Assembly: GCA_016201795.1 (NCBI GenBank) | Contig: JACQCF010000010.1 | Location: 79,095 to 143,094 of the forward strand | Length of the DNA stretch: 64,000 bases | Source of the DNA: Candidatus Omnitrophota bacterium | Lineage (GTDB): Bacteria > Omnitrophota > Gorgyraeia > Zapsychrales > Fredricksoniimonadaceae | Direction: 5' to 3' | In this document: piece by piece, positions 35,801 to 50,800 of the stretch | How positions within the stretch are numbered: position 1 is the first letter of the stretch | Layout: each line of letters starts with the position of its first letter | Translations under genes and position numbers: made by a program | The notes under the pieces: generated by a model | What the model was told of the DNA's origin: nothing | Seen by the model: only the letters and a program-made list of their open reading frames with translations | Database searches by the model: none

Positions 35801-38800
35801 AAAATCCTTTAGGACCGACCTCTACAGGGCCGACTTTGCCGCAGCCAGCACCTCTGAATCCAACCCCGCCAACACCTGGAGGCTCTGGTAGCAGCGGTAT
35901 TGCACCTCCGCCGATCATTGCGCCAGCACCGCCATCAGCAGCGCCTTTTATAATCAAGCCATCGTTGTCTTTGGCTAGGGCTACAGATATAGCTTTAAGT
36001 TCTGAATCAGGTCGTAAATCGACCGGCGCTGCAAGGCGCACCTATTCTCCCGGTATTACTTTATCTGTACTAGCATTCCTCATGCTAGCATACAGAGTGA
36101 TATTCAAGAGGAACAAGAGTACCATATGGGCGATTACTAATCGCCCGTACAAAGAAGTTTCCGATGCGTTTGTAAGCGAAAGCATTGCAGCGCAGACGGA
36201 TGCAGCAAATGAAGGTGAAGAAACTGTAAGTGCAATAAAACGCAGCAACAGTGGCTTAGCGCAAGCTACGCCCGCTGGAAATACGGAAAGTAGTATACGT
36301 TCTCGCGACATTAATGGGGTCCCGAGCTTGTCAAGGGATACCAGCAATGACGCGGTTATAGGCAGTATCCATAACATTGACATTGGCGCGTCTAACCAAG
36401 CCAACGGGGTCTCCAGAGTACCGGGGATCGAATCCGTGGGCAAAGGTATAAGCGGTCCCGCCTTTGGCGGGATTGGCGACGTAGGCGCTAACAATATAAG
36501 TATAAGTGTAAGTTCTGTGCCCAAGGCCCAAGGTGTGGAAAGTGTACCTGAAATAAGCCGGGGCATTAATAATAGATTTACCCAAGGTTCAACAGGTGCG
36601 TCCGCCACCGCTTTAACTGCAGCGGGGCAAGCAGATAGTCCCGTAGAACGGGATAAATCGAAGGCGCAGAAAGTATTTGTACCCACGGCTGAATTGGAGG
36701 TCGTCAAGACCAAGAATATCGGCGGTGGAATTCGTCTGTTCGCCCGTAATTTAAATTCCACAAAAACCCATGATTCAAGCGCAACCCTAAGCGCCGCTAA
36801 CGTTAGCGGTTCCCAAGCCGCTAACGTCAGCAAAATTTTCCGCATTTCGGCAGTTTTAACCCAATTTATTAACTTTGTGCAGAACAAAACAGGAGGTGCA
36901 CCATGGTCAGCAAAACGCTTCACATTCAGCATTTTGTCAGCATCCCTCGTCTCAATTCTCAAATCGCTACCGCTCGTGACCACCGCAACAAAACGCATAT
37001 CTTCCTTATTGAAGAAAGCGGGCAGGAGGTCTACAAACGCAACGGCCTCAACCAAAGCTGGGTTCGGCTTGAGCAGCAAGACCGTTATCGGCTTATTGAC
37101 CTTCTTAATCACCCCGACACTGTGGGCCGCCCCCGCTACAGCACCGACAATCTCAGCGGCCTCAACTAACTGGCTTGGATTGGCGGGAATAGGAGTTATC
37201 GTCATTGCCTTGGCTCTATTGACGATTGCCCATCTGACAACCAAGAAACATGTCCATGGTAATATCGTGGACATCGTGGACGTTGAGCTTAAAACAGTTG
37301 CTCGATCGATTATCCGATCGATTGTTCAATTTGTTGCTGAACTCATCAAGTCAAAATCAATTTTTGAGGCAATGCGCACAAGGTTCGTTAAAACTATAGT
37401 CTTCGGGGGAGTTGTCTTTACTGTGTTTGTTGCCCCCGCCTATGCGCAAGTAGTTAAGTTCAACGCTTCACCCCAAAGTATTACAATGCAAGTTACCGCC
37501 CTGCCCCGAGCAGGTTTTGTGGATGCCACCCCCGCCTTAAACATCGGCGGGGCAGGCCTGCCCCTCAACCCCGCTGGGGGCGTGTCCCCAGCGGCTGTTA
37601 TGCCGGCAACTATGACCCATGTGCCGGGGAACTATTCCATTGAAGAATTGACCGGTCAAATCAATGAAAGTCTCAAGGATTCTCATGATGTGATTACCCA
37701 GGGAAGAGAAATTATAACCAAGAAATGGGCAACGATGGACTCTACAGAGAAGACCAGATATGTAGAGTCGTTGAAAAATTCAGGCTTGCCAGAAGAAGAA
37801 AAACAGGCGGTATTAGGTGAGCTGGCAGGGCTTGAGAAAGCCTCAGCGACCAACGCCCATAATGACTTAGTTAAAACTGCGGAAGCTAAGCATGCTCAGA
37901 ATATCGAAAAGCCGAAAGAAACCACGCCGACACCGGCCAAAGTAGTTCCAGCAACAAATAATGTGGATGCTACTCCGCCCCAAGAAGATACCTATCACGG
38001 CTTAGCACCAAGCCGTGTGAAACAATTGTTAGATGAACAAAAGACCCGCGTTCAAGCACTGCTGGCTAAGTCCAAAACAGCGGTCACCAATGAGCTTGCC
38101 ATTTATCAGCTGGATGCTCTTACCCAGCTGACAAAATATGAACGCATCATCGTGCGCGCGGCCGATGAGAATGTGAGGAACTATTTCAGCGTTATGGAAT
38201 ATGGCGTTCTACCACCAAGAATCAATGGAGGTCTGAAGAATTCATCAGCGGAGTTTGTTATCTATGATACCGCCAGAGGCTCTTATGTAGTGGTTAGCGA
38301 AGAGAAGTATACCAGGGTCAACAGCGATGAGTTGGTCCAAGTGGCCCATTTGGCTGACCAGTCAGAGATTGCTGTCATCATGAAGGATAATCCCGCAGAT
38401 GTTTATAAGTACATGACTGCCGAGCAGGTGATCAAAGTCTTAGACGAGGCCCATCAACATGGCGTGCGTAACCCGGCTATATTCTTGGCTCATCCGCAAG
38501 TGCCTTCTAACAAAAATTTTGCCAGTACGACAAAAAACCTCAAATACCGCGCCTTAGAAGCACTCTACGGTGCTGTTCCGGGCAAATACCGTATTTATTG
38601 GGGTTCAGATGTACAGACCCATCAGTTTGACCACAACGGCACGTATGATATCGCCAGCCACGTGGCCCACGGCATGATCAAGAAAGATTTCGATGCTAAA
38701 GCTGAACTGAAACGCATCATGCAAGGGGCGGATAAAGATGAAGATGAAAACCTGGAAAAAGAACGGACCAAGACCCAGGATTACTTAAAAAAGACATTAG

Positions 38801-41800
38801 ACAAGAAAGAAGATGGCCGTAGGTTTATTGCCGATCAAATCGCCTTGCAGACCTTGCTACAAGATCATCAGAATGAAGTGGATAATGCCATAGTTGACTT
38901 CATCTTAAGAAAACAGGATTACACACCGCCTTCCTTCCAGGGCGCTATTGAGCAGATGCTCAAAGAGCACCGGACAGCCTTTAGGTCTAAACAAGAGGAT
39001 CCGTTCTTTGGTGTGGGGCTGCAATTTAGCAAGGGCACGCCAGCCAACTTAGCCTTGGGCCGTTTTGGTCATTTAGGTTTACCGATAGGCGGTGACCTTG
39101 GCCTTAACTTCGCTGTTCCTCATGAAGGCGGTATACTCGCGGAGATGGGTCAAACCGGCTTTGGCTTAGCGCAGAATGCAGGAAAGTTGAATCTGGCTTT
39201 GGATGCCGGAATCTTCGCCAATGACAGCTTGAAATTACTCAATACCATGAAAATGCGCAATGCTGACGGCGGTATATACTTGCGCAAAGATTCTCTTGGC
39301 GCTCGCATAGAACATACGTTAGGGTTTAATACCACCAGATTCCTCAATAATAGTAAATATGATACCGAAGAAAATGAGGAACACTTCAAGCTTCGTAATT
39401 TAACCACGCTGGGTCCTGTGGATTCCATGGAAGCAGCTCCTGTCAGACTCTTCCAGCAAATTCCTTGGTTAGGGCATACCTGGGTAGCCAACCTTTTTGG
39501 CAAGACTAATAGTGTGATGCCGTTTGAAACCACCTATCCGGCGGTGCCTGAATTTGGCAGCAAGCCAATTTCATTTAATCGCGCTTCGCTGCTTAATACC
39601 AACAGCATGAATAATTCGTATCTATTATTTGAGACCGAACGCGGCAGCATCGCCCCGTCCTTAACTTATGACAGCAACAAACGTCCTTTGCGCAGCGAAG
39701 AAATGCAATCCTATTATGTCTATGACTTAGCCGCTGGTAAGAAGTATTTGGTTGAACGCAGCCCGATGTTCTATACCTCCAAGCTTGGCGCTGAAGCGGA
39801 TATCAAGGCCTTTACTGAAGATCCTAAACATCCAGAGAATAGATTGTTATGGCAAGATATCGGCGAACGCCATATTCAAAACTCTATTGTGAACGGCTCC
39901 CTGGAAGAAGAGATAGCCCTGAAGCTCAGTGCCAACGACGGCGAGTATGGCCCGATTTTGGGTGCCAGCCGCAACCCGATTAATTTTGAAATCATTGAAT
40001 TGAACAACAGCATCATACCGTTTACCACCAAGCAGCGTATTGCTGATCCTCGTAATCCAGACCGTACTGTGCTAGTGGATGTGGTGAGCGTTCCTAATGA
40101 CCAGTTCCTTGGCTCCATGGGCAGCTCCACCAACCGCGAGTTCTTGCCGATTTATGAGAGTTCACCAGCCGGAAGCGCCCAGTTCTTGGGACTTCATCAT
40201 AAGTATCCTGATGGCACAACACCCGTGATCTGGACATCGCAAGAATTTGGATCTGTCGCTTCCATTGAAAATATGACTAATGCGCCAGCGGTAACACAAG
40301 CGTTGACCAACCGCGTGTGGGTGTCTTTACTCAGAGAAAGCCGCTCAACCAATAATGTTGTTCTCTACAACCATCGCGATTTGAACATTGCCAAACATAA
40401 GGATGAAGTAGAATTTGCTCTGAGCAGCCTCAAGCCGGAAGTTCGCAAAGACATCAACATGGTCTTGGCTGATTACAGCGCCCAGTTAAAAGACAGCGTT
40501 ATCATTCGCAACTATAAGGGTAAATTCAACATTCTCTTATTAAGCCAGAACTTCCTCAGAGATATGGCCGAGAGCATGAAGAATGAACAACCAGCTCAGA
40601 TTAAAGATATTAAAGAAGGCAGTGTGTCTGAAGATATCTTAAAGAGAGCGGCCATGGCCAGAATTGAGATGAGAAACACTGTGATCATAGACGGTAACCG
40701 TATTGGTATTGTGCCGCCTATGCCTAAAGACAAACCGCTCTTGGCTCGCAGCAGCCCTGAGTATCGCGTGAGCTATGTTTCTGATAAACAGGAAGCCCAG
40801 AAGATTATGATTGCCGTCAAACCGGTGAGCAAAGAACCGTTTATTCGTACCTTCAAAGTCAATGGTCGTGAGTTTGGTAAATTCGAACTTAAAGCTTACC
40901 CAGGTGATCCGGCTGTGCCGCTGGTTTACTTTGATTCCAATCGTCCGGCGGATCAGTGGGAACAAATCACCGTCGGCGCTAATTATGAAGATCCGTTGGC
41001 TAAAGTCAACCAAGCCAAGGGCTGGGGCGCGCTGATCAATGCCAAGACCGGCGAACAAACGATCGCCACCAACAATCCAGCTGTTACCCAGGTCATGGCC
41101 ATGGTGGATCAGAAGGCCAAAGAGTTACAACAGAAGAACGTCACCGAAGACAAACTGGTGATTGGATTATTGCGTACCGTGGGTGAGGCCATCAACACCT
41201 ACCATATCACTGACACCAATGTGATCAATCAGGTTAAAACGAATCTAATCAAAAGGTTTAGCCATAAAACAGATCAGGTCAGCAAGGCCGAAGTAGATTA
41301 CATCAAAGATTTAGCCAATGCCGAAGGTACTCAAGCTAAGCTGGATGCTTTAAAGAGTCAGTTAGAGGGCATTGACAATCAACAGAACAAAGCCATACAT
41401 GAAACGTTCTCAGCCATTATGGATCTTGGCGTGGAAATGGGTGATCAGCATCACATTGTAAATCGTGTTAAAGAAATTTCCATGATGGTCACCACCAACG
41501 CGCCGGATGTCTTCACTAATAGCATGAACCAGGTGGTCACCAATTATTTTGATGTAGGCGCACGGGCTTACTACAATCAGTTTAGAAACGATGCGCATAA
41601 GGATTTGAAAGCAGCAGCCAATAGGGTCCTCAATGATTTCGCCAATAGCGCCGCGCATCAGAGTTTTATCAGTCCTTTGGATATGAATACATTGAATAAT
41701 TCCATATCCAGCAATTTAGTGACCATTGCCCAGTACCGCAACTGGCGCACTGTATTCCCAGCCACCAACACCACCGCTCAAATCATCGGTGTGGTGCCGG

Positions 41801-44800
41801 ACGACTTAAGTGGAGCTCGTGATCAAATTTCCACCAATCAATTCAATTTGAACATTGTCCTTGCCAACCAGAGAGCATGGAATGACAGCAACCATACGGA
41901 TACGAACGCGGTGGCGAACTTATTCCAAGAACTGGGTGGACCTAAGGGCATTGAAGCTGGACTCTATTATCACTTAACCGATGACGGCAAACATGATCAA
42001 AATCCTAACTTCCCTGTTATGGGCTATCAATACCGCTTATTGGTCAACAAAGAAGCCTTAAATACCTTGCTTAAACAATATGCCTACTTAGGTGAGAGCG
42101 ATGAATTCATACAAAATCTTAAGGAACTTAACAGTATTAATGAAGCGGAAATTGCCCTAGAGCCGACTGTGTTAAGTGATTTATACAGCGACGAATTAGC
42201 CTGGCAAATGCTCCACAATCACCCTGTGGTTTCTGAATTGCCTGATGAGGTCTTTGCCCGTAAGATTCCGCTGCTGCAAAGCGAATTAAGCATTGCTCAA
42301 CGCAAAGCAGGCATTTTACAGAGAATATTTGCCTCCAACGAGAGATTTACCAACTTGACCAACCAGGTGCCAGTGCATCCGACAGACGATACAATCACCC
42401 CAGAACAGCGTGCCCATGGAGTCATGAGCGTTGAGGATGTGCGCAAAGCCGTGGCTGTTGACAGGGTCAAGATTCAAGTGAAGGTCGCTTACTTCCAGCA
42501 GGTCATTTCTAATATGAAAAAGCAAGGCCGCTTGAGCGCCAAAGACGAAGCTCTGCTTAATCAGTTGATTAACATTGTGCAGACAGAGGAAAACAGGAAT
42601 TTGGATGCGGTGCTCGCCGATGTTGACAAAGATGAGACCTATGTCAGATCTCATGGCACCAGCGAAGACATTAACCAGGTCTTCCAGCGCAAGGCGGATT
42701 TATTGGATCAATTGACCAAGACCATGATTAAGGAAAGAGATATCTTGGTTATCTTAAATGTGGATTTACCTGAAGCCTTCCGTACACCAAAAGATTTAAA
42801 AGATCAGCAAAAGGTTGTTAAGGCCTTCCGCCAGGCCGTGGATTCTTTCTTAAATAGACAGGGCATTGCCAGTCCTAAGCGCGGTTTATTATCAGGCATG
42901 GACAACTTCCAACAAGGACAGTACAGCCGCATTGATTATGACAAGAAGAAAGCTGACCTCGAAGCTGAATTAAAAACCAACTTGCAGACATTGAAATTAA
43001 GCGCTACCAACTTACAGGCAACCGTCAGAAGCAAATACGAAGCCTTAGAGAAAGTGGAAGCGGCCATTGGCACTTATGTTTCCGATAAGGACCAGAAAGC
43101 TCGCCTTCATCAAGAGTTTGCCAAATACCGCAGCGAATCCAAAGAGCCAACCTTCCTTTATATTGGCAACGGCACTATGTTGACTCCTGATGGCAGAGAG
43201 AATGTGTTTGTCAATCCAAGCAGTTCCATGAGACAGCAAGTGGATGTGATGTTCAAACGCTTAGCTACTAGCGGAAACGTGGTAGGTAATTACCTGTTTG
43301 ATATCAATAGAATATTTGGCTTAGAAAACATCAGCCTGCACTTAGGCACCATTGAAACCGAAGGCGGATTGAGCGATCGCGTGTTTGTCATCAGAGGCCA
43401 TACTTCCTTCAAGAAAGCTCAGGCCGTTAATGATTGGGCTTTAGGTCATATCAGCCAGTATCAATTTGACGAAGTTTTAAGCGGCACGGATGCTCCGGGC
43501 TTTAACGATCAGCGTGATTATGTGATTGTCATGGATTCTTTTGCCAAGAAAGGTGAGATTGCCGGCAAGCCGTATCAGGCGTCCATCATGGGTGTTGGTA
43601 TGACCGAGGTCAATCATGAAGGACGTAACTCAGAACACTCCTCAAGCTATCTGGGTGCCTTAAGAGGCAACTTCAATGTGAATTTGTCAACCAACACAAC
43701 CCTTAAAGTCGAAGCAGGCGTGGTGCATGCCGAAGATACCCAGTTGTGGAGATTCCAGTTTACCGATATCTTTTCAGGCCAGGTGCTGCAAGATTTCAGA
43801 GTACCGTCTAAGGTCAACAGCGACTTTGCCTATGGCCGTCAGGGCATTGAACATAAAGTCTTAAACGGCAAGCTGACCTTGAAACTTTACATGAATGAAG
43901 AAATTGACAGCAACAGCTTAACCGGCACCAAGACATATGTGTCCCCATCCGTTGGCGCTGGCTTTAAGGTGCTTAAGTTCCAGGTGGATACAGAAGCAGC
44001 CATAAACCGTGCTGCTTTAAATGTCAGCCGCAGCTTCACTAATGGCAGCACCTGGGGTTACCATGCAGCAGTGATGGATGGTAAGTATAGTTTAGGCGGT
44101 GCGTATAGCTTTAAAGCAGGCAAAAACGATATCACCACCCGCACTCAAACAGACCCAACCGGCCAGAGCTTAGGGTTAAGCGTCAGCCGCAGACTCAGTG
44201 ATCATTTTGGTATGGAGGTGGGGGGCAACGGCAAGCAAGGCGGGTTTGGTGGAACGATAATGGGCAAACTATTCGTCGGCAAGAACAAGAATAAGAAAGA
44301 CATTGCGCCGATTGGCGAGAAAGAGCTGTTACGTCCTGAAGCCGCCTTTACCCAAAGCTATGAAGCTTTGTCCAAGGTCTGGAGAGAAGTTCCTCTGGAT
44401 AGCCGCGATTTGAAAGTGTTGCCCGTGCATGTTTACAAAAAGATCATGGAACTCTCTGCCGGCAACAGCATGCCGGAAGATGCCCGGTTTTTAAAAATTT
44501 ATATTACCGCCGATGGCGACATATTTATCCCGGCGCTGCGCTGGTACGAACACGCCCAGGAATTGCTGGATCAACCCACGGCTATTCTCTTAGATGGTCA
44601 GGGCACCATGGCTGTTGACAGGGCTAGAATTGATGAAGCCATTGACCCACGCAACCTCTGGGTACAGCCGTTTAAGTATGTTGAAGAACAAGACTTGGCT
44701 GCGGACCATATCTTTACCAAGGACGGCGAGAACTATTACACCACCATCAACGGCCATCCGTTCTGGCTGGGTAACAGAGAAACCATGGTGATCCTCTCAA

Positions 44801-47800
44801 AGAATATCTCCAAAGTGTTGCCTGGCGTGACCAGCAAGTTACCGGCGGTGCTTAATCCAAATGTACAGATGATTCAGGAAAGTCTTGGGGTAGGCCGCAT
44901 CCAGATAGATTCATTGACCAATGTGCCGGCAGCTCTTAAAGACACTGTAGATATCAGCCGTGGTGTTGCAATGTTAACCCAAGAACAGCTCAACAGCATT
45001 GCGCATGATGCCGATGGGGTATATAGCCTTCAGGACATCCTTTCTGATAAGCTCAAACGCGACGTGGTTTATGACAAAAACCATCATGAAATCGGCACGA
45101 TGATTTTAGGTATTGAGGGCAAGATTCTATTGGATCGTTTGATGAAAACAGAATGGCAGGTCCTTGAAGAAAATGATGAAGGCAAGGTCACGAAAGCTTA
45201 TTTGCGTACGTTTGAGCAAATTCTCGCCTTACGCGATGATCTTTTAAATAATAAGCATATCAAGAGCGTCAGCCGTTTGATGAGACCAGGCAAGCATGAA
45301 CTCAAACAAGTCATTTGGCTGGTGCCGATGACTATTGATATCCCTCGATTAGACGACAGTGGTGTCAGCGAGGAATATGAGATCATGCCGCAGGCCGACA
45401 TTTTTGCGAATCTCTTTAGACGTATTTTTGAACCCATTGAAAAATTCGCTATGCTACGAGGCTATGTACCTACAGCCCGGGATTTGGGCGTTAAGCTTGG
45501 TGATTATCCGATAGCCAGATTGTATGAGACCAAAGCGCTCGTCAACGGCCAAAAACAAAGCTTGGTGCGGAAGGATGACTTAAGACCTGATGGCACGGTG
45601 TACCGTAGCGGCAAGTTTACCTACGTCGAGGATAACAAGGTTAAAGATGAAAGAACTCATGCTAAAACAATTAAGCTTATCAGTAGCACGATTATGTTTG
45701 AAAACGGCATCAAGGCCATCAATAGTTATAGTGATGATACATTAACCATTGTTGACAAGAAATTCCTTTCAGGCGTACCTGACATGCCATCTCAGAGCCG
45801 TTGGGTTACTGCGCGTGATGAACGTATTCTGGAGAAAAAGCTGGATGAGAAAGAAACGCGTACGCAAAAAGGCTTAAGGGAACATATATGCAACCTTATT
45901 CAACCGGTACAGCTGGCAGACACTAATATAGTAAATCAGGTTAATGACGCCATCCGTGATGCCCAATCTGATGCGTTTTTATTTAACATAGCGACGGCAT
46001 ACCAGACACAAGTATTTGACCACCGTAATCAACAGTCATTGTCTCAAAGGGTGGAGTACTATGATGCCATGGGCCATCTGGTTGTCCAAACAGAGGGTGA
46101 CTGGACGGTTATTAACAGTTACCAAAAAGATCAGATCAAGTCCACGTACGAGTTCTTTAAAAATGAATTTGTTTGGGAGAAGAAATTAAACACATCCGGC
46201 AATAAAAGTTTTTCCAGTGTCGTTGATGCATTATTGAGCAAGGCAAACGATGAAGCGATTAAAGAGTTTAACGAAAAATCAGGATACGTCTACAATAAAA
46301 AATCCGGTGTTGTCGCTCAAGAAGACACGAGCGGCGCACGGGTCAAGGATACGACTCAACTGAGATTATATGATGTTACTAATGCACTGGGTGGCCAGTA
46401 TAGAGAATATCAAAGAATAGGCGATACCTTAGGAAGGGCCTTTGTCAGAGAAGTTGATATGCTTAAACCAGGTACGAATGCTGCAGAGGGTACTCATACA
46501 ACATTCTTTAGTTTCAATAATAATGTTGTCACACGTTCCTACACAGTGAATAAGGCTGGTGAACGATTGGAAAATGAAGCCCTTCGCACCACAAAAGAGG
46601 GTAGCGCGGAAAATGATGCCAAGAACTATCTATATAACTATACAAACTTCAGAGGTGTTGAAGGCATCAGAGCTAAATTTTTATCTGACCCGACAGGCGT
46701 GCCGGTCTGGGATCAAATAGCTAACAAGAGAACATACAATAAATTTGGGAAGAGTATTTATAGATTGAGAAACGAACGCATTGAATATGACATTATGCCG
46801 GATGGTTCAAGAAAAGCAGAATTCCTTCCGATATTCGCCCACACAGATTATGCCTTCTTTAAGATTAACTTAGGTCAATACTTTGGGGAGTTTGCTTCTA
46901 AACGTCAGCCAATGAGTGTCAAGACCTTTGATGCCGCGGCTAATCATGTTGACAGGATAGAGTTCCTTGTCAAAGGACGGGACGGTGGGGAGAAATTCAG
47001 AGTATTCTTGAATGATCATTTAGGTGTCATTAATGAAAAAGAAATACAGGCGATTTACAATAAAGACACAACAGGCCCGACTGTATTAACGGCCGCTAAG
47101 AATTGGCAACCCGTTATCCTTAACCTTTCTAACTTTAAAAATAATCTGTTGAATGCCAATAGAGAACTTGACCTGAAACAACTGGCTCAAATTGGCGTAT
47201 CTTATGGTAACGACGAAGGCAATAAAGAAGGCGCTGAAATCTATATAACAGAATTGCAGTTTGTTAAGAAAGATGGTTCTAAGATCCCGGTCGGTTTAAT
47301 TGCCGGTGTCATTAACGCGACAGGCAATGTCCCAACCTTTAAGTTTAGAAAGCCGATGGGAGCCAATCCAAATTCTGATACCGACTTCTTTACCAATGAA
47401 GTTTACTTCACCGAATCAATGCCTTGGTATATCCGCTCAGGGATAACAGTTACGGTTAATAAGAAGGATCCATTAGATGACCGAGAAATTGGTACGCCTC
47501 AACCTGGCAATGTCGTTGGCATCAGCGATACCGAATTATCACCGGATAACCTGTTGGTTTCCCGCGACTTCTCCATCTTACCCGGTTCAACGGGATTCAA
47601 GGTCGTAAGGCCGCAAGGACAGGTTTATTTCAATGGATACTTTGAATCACAAGACAAATATAACGGCGGCGAACGTTTCAATGACTTAAACGTCTGGCTC
47701 GATTTCGTTATCGCTGATGATAAGGGCATGCCGCGATTCTCGATCAATAGCAAAACAGACGAGCTGCAATCTGTTTATCGTTATAAGGTCACGACCGATC

Positions 47801-50800
47801 ACGATCTTCTGATCGCCAAATATGACATTAAGCAACAGGCCATGGTTGTCAAGAAATACGGCAAGAGCCAAGATGGTATCGTCCGCTGGGAAATGAAAGG
47901 ATTCTTTGACCATACTCTTCCGATGAGCAGTCGCAAGCTTGTGGACAGTTTTGGTACCTATGTCTACGACGCAGTGGGTAAGAATTATGATGATGATCAC
48001 ATCCTCTTCCCATGGACTTGGGAACGGTCCAATGAAAGGCACGGCCGATTCTACAGAATGTTATTCGGGTCAGCCGATGCGCCAAAGGAAGATGTTCAAA
48101 AAATGATCACGGATGATGATCCAGATTTCGTTAAATGGGCTGCGGCTATCGAGCAAGCCAAAACGCAAATTGACTCCATGCCAAAATTAAGAATATCATC
48201 GGTTCAGAATGGCTCAGCCCCGGATGAATATACATACGGACCGGACAGGGCTATTTATTCGTATAGTAATACATTTTTCTGGTGGGCATTAGGTGCCTTT
48301 GTAGCATTCCTTATTTCGACATTAGTATTAGTTTATAAACAATTGCGTCTTCGTAGAAACAAGATACAAGGATTAAATGCTGAAAGTAAAAATCCAGCTC
48401 TTCCAGCAGTGCGCTATACAGAAGCTCAAGTGAAGGCAGCGGTCCGCAGTATATACGAAGATGTTCAGGCGCTTGATTTAGGGCACCTTACTGATCCTGA
48501 CTTTGTCGATACAATTGTTAATCAAATGAAAGCCCACAAGCAGATCAAGACACCGGCCGGTTCTCCTGATGAGTTGGAAGCTATTGATGTTGATAAAGCG
48601 GTAATTTTGGTCAAAGATCCCAAGGCAGCATCAGGCGTCCGTGAAGTTAAATTTAAGCTCTTTGTCTGGCAAGTCATATTTGGGAAAAATCAGCTTAAGG
48701 AACTTGCTTCCAATTCAGCCTTTATGGCTCGATTGGTGAAAGACGCGGAAGATATCTTTGAAAATCGGGTGGATGTGGTCAAATCGAATGATGAGGAACC
48801 GCAAAAGGTGAAACGCAACAAAGAAGTTATGCTGGTGGTCAAGGCCTATAATTCTCTTTGGAGATTAGTCCTCGGTCACCAATTCTCATTAATCCACATG
48901 AACTTATTAAAACGACGGTTTTCCATCAAGGTCGAAGACGTCAACTTCTTATATGAACACTTTGATGAGCTTGTTCTCGGTAAAGATCCACAAAACGAGT
49001 ATATGGATCCTGAAGAAGCCAAGCGCCTTAATCCAAACAGAATTCTTGAAACGGTTGATTATCTTAAATCCAACCAACAAGCATTAGAGCGGTTTACTCA
49101 CAATATTTTAAAAGCTATTCAGAAAAAGAGAAATCAACTGTACCCCGGGCCTGTCAAGAAGACGATTTTAATGGCTCTTATTCCTCTTAAGTTAATTTGG
49201 GATTTAGGGAAAGGCATTTGGAATAAAAATTACAAAAACGCCACCGGCGCATCATTCTGGCTGACGATCATCAGCGGATTAGGCGTTTATGCCGCTCTGA
49301 CAGCCAAGATTTGGATTGCCGAAGTATTACCGCATTTTGTCTATATTGCGCGCGTTTTAGCTTCCGGCGCCGGATTCGACGCTACCTTCGCCTTTTCACC
49401 ATTGGTCGTTGGACTAAAAATACTTATCTTGCTGTCGGCCGGATTGGTGATCATGTGGGTTGTCGGTTCGTTCGTTGCCTGGGTGTCAGGCCGTATCGAT
49501 AGGGCCTTCCCGATCAAAACAATGAACGACATCGTGACGGAAATGCCCGGCGCATTAGATAAGCTGTTAAAAGATAATCTAGAACGACAAAAAGATGTTA
49601 TTGACGATTGGAACGCGATGATTGAAGATGCCCGGCGCGAGTATAGAATTTCTTCAGAGTTAGCTGTAGGATTAAGCTTCCCAGGTAAAGATAGTAGAGT
49701 AACATTTGAACATATCTTTGGAAACATTACGGTTAAAGATTTACAAGCAATCGAAAAGGCCCTCAGGCGCGAAATCAAGAGCTTTGCCAATAATCTCTTG
49801 CGTAAAACCAAAATGCCTGAAATCGCACCAATCTATGAACATTTAAAGAGCTTGTGGGTACGCTTGGTCTGGAGAGGCGACTCATTCTTCACCTCTTGGT
49901 CAGAATTAATTACGAAGAAAAATTGGAACGGATTATCGCTTATCGGGCAGGTCAGAAAAGGGTATAACATCGCATGGCAAATTTTTGTCAACGAGATGGC
50001 AATAAATCCAAAGTTCAATGCTTTAGTTAAAAAAGAGGTGAAGTGCTTAGCCAATGAAGACATTGAAGATGTTATGGAAAGAATCAAAAAGATCTCGTAT
50101 GACGATTATCAATATATCGTCTCAGAAATTGAACTATTCGCTAATGAAAGATTGCAAACTGTTTGGAAGACCATGCGCAATACTCTTCGTATCCGACGGG
50201 CTTATCGCAGACAGTTAGTCAAAGCCATCCAAGAAAAGCAAGAGTATGTTGAACATAAATTAGGAAAGATGTTTGCTCGCATGACACCTGATGTATTAGG
50301 GGCTTATGTTCAATATAAGGATGCGCTAGAGACCGAGTTAAAGCCGACCGCCCAATCAGCTGAGCAGTTCCGGTCAGGCTTGACAGCGGAGCAATTGGCC
50401 TTTGAGCGAGAAAACGCGGATATCATTAAGGCCTTGGATAGCTTAGTGAATGAGAAGTTCCAGCCGATCCTAGCCGTTGCCGCGAGCAAGAGCAAGGTGC
50501 AAGGCTCTGAAGATAGTCAAAATGCTCTGGAATATGCCAAACGCTTAAAGTGGGATGCAGTATTTGTTCAAGAGAATTCCTTGGCCGAAGAAGGCGTGGG
50601 AAGCTATAAAGGGTTCTTCTTGGGGCAATTGCTTTATCATGCCAAGGGAGAAGTGGTCCTCTTTATAGACGCTGATACGGAAATCACTTACTCCAATGCC
50701 AGGAAGATGCTTAATGCTCTCACAGAGTTTAATGATGAGAAGCTGGGTATCTTAAACTTCAAACAATATATTTACAACAGAGATTATAACTTGGCCACCT

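Noticed and set aside
36903-37169. 88-codon frame-3 ORF with perfect AGGAGGTG-ATG as a bona fide nested gene
   Set aside because: AGGAGG here also encodes Gly-Gly in the main frame and could arise by chance. There is no independent evidence of coding in frame 3. Mentioned in findings as a checkable curiosity only.
36042-37274. 410-aa ORF on the minus strand
   Set aside because: Lies antisense to the giant ORF in a compositionally biased low-complexity region. Its translation is low-complexity nonsense, and its openness reflects frame-1 codon bias, not a gene.
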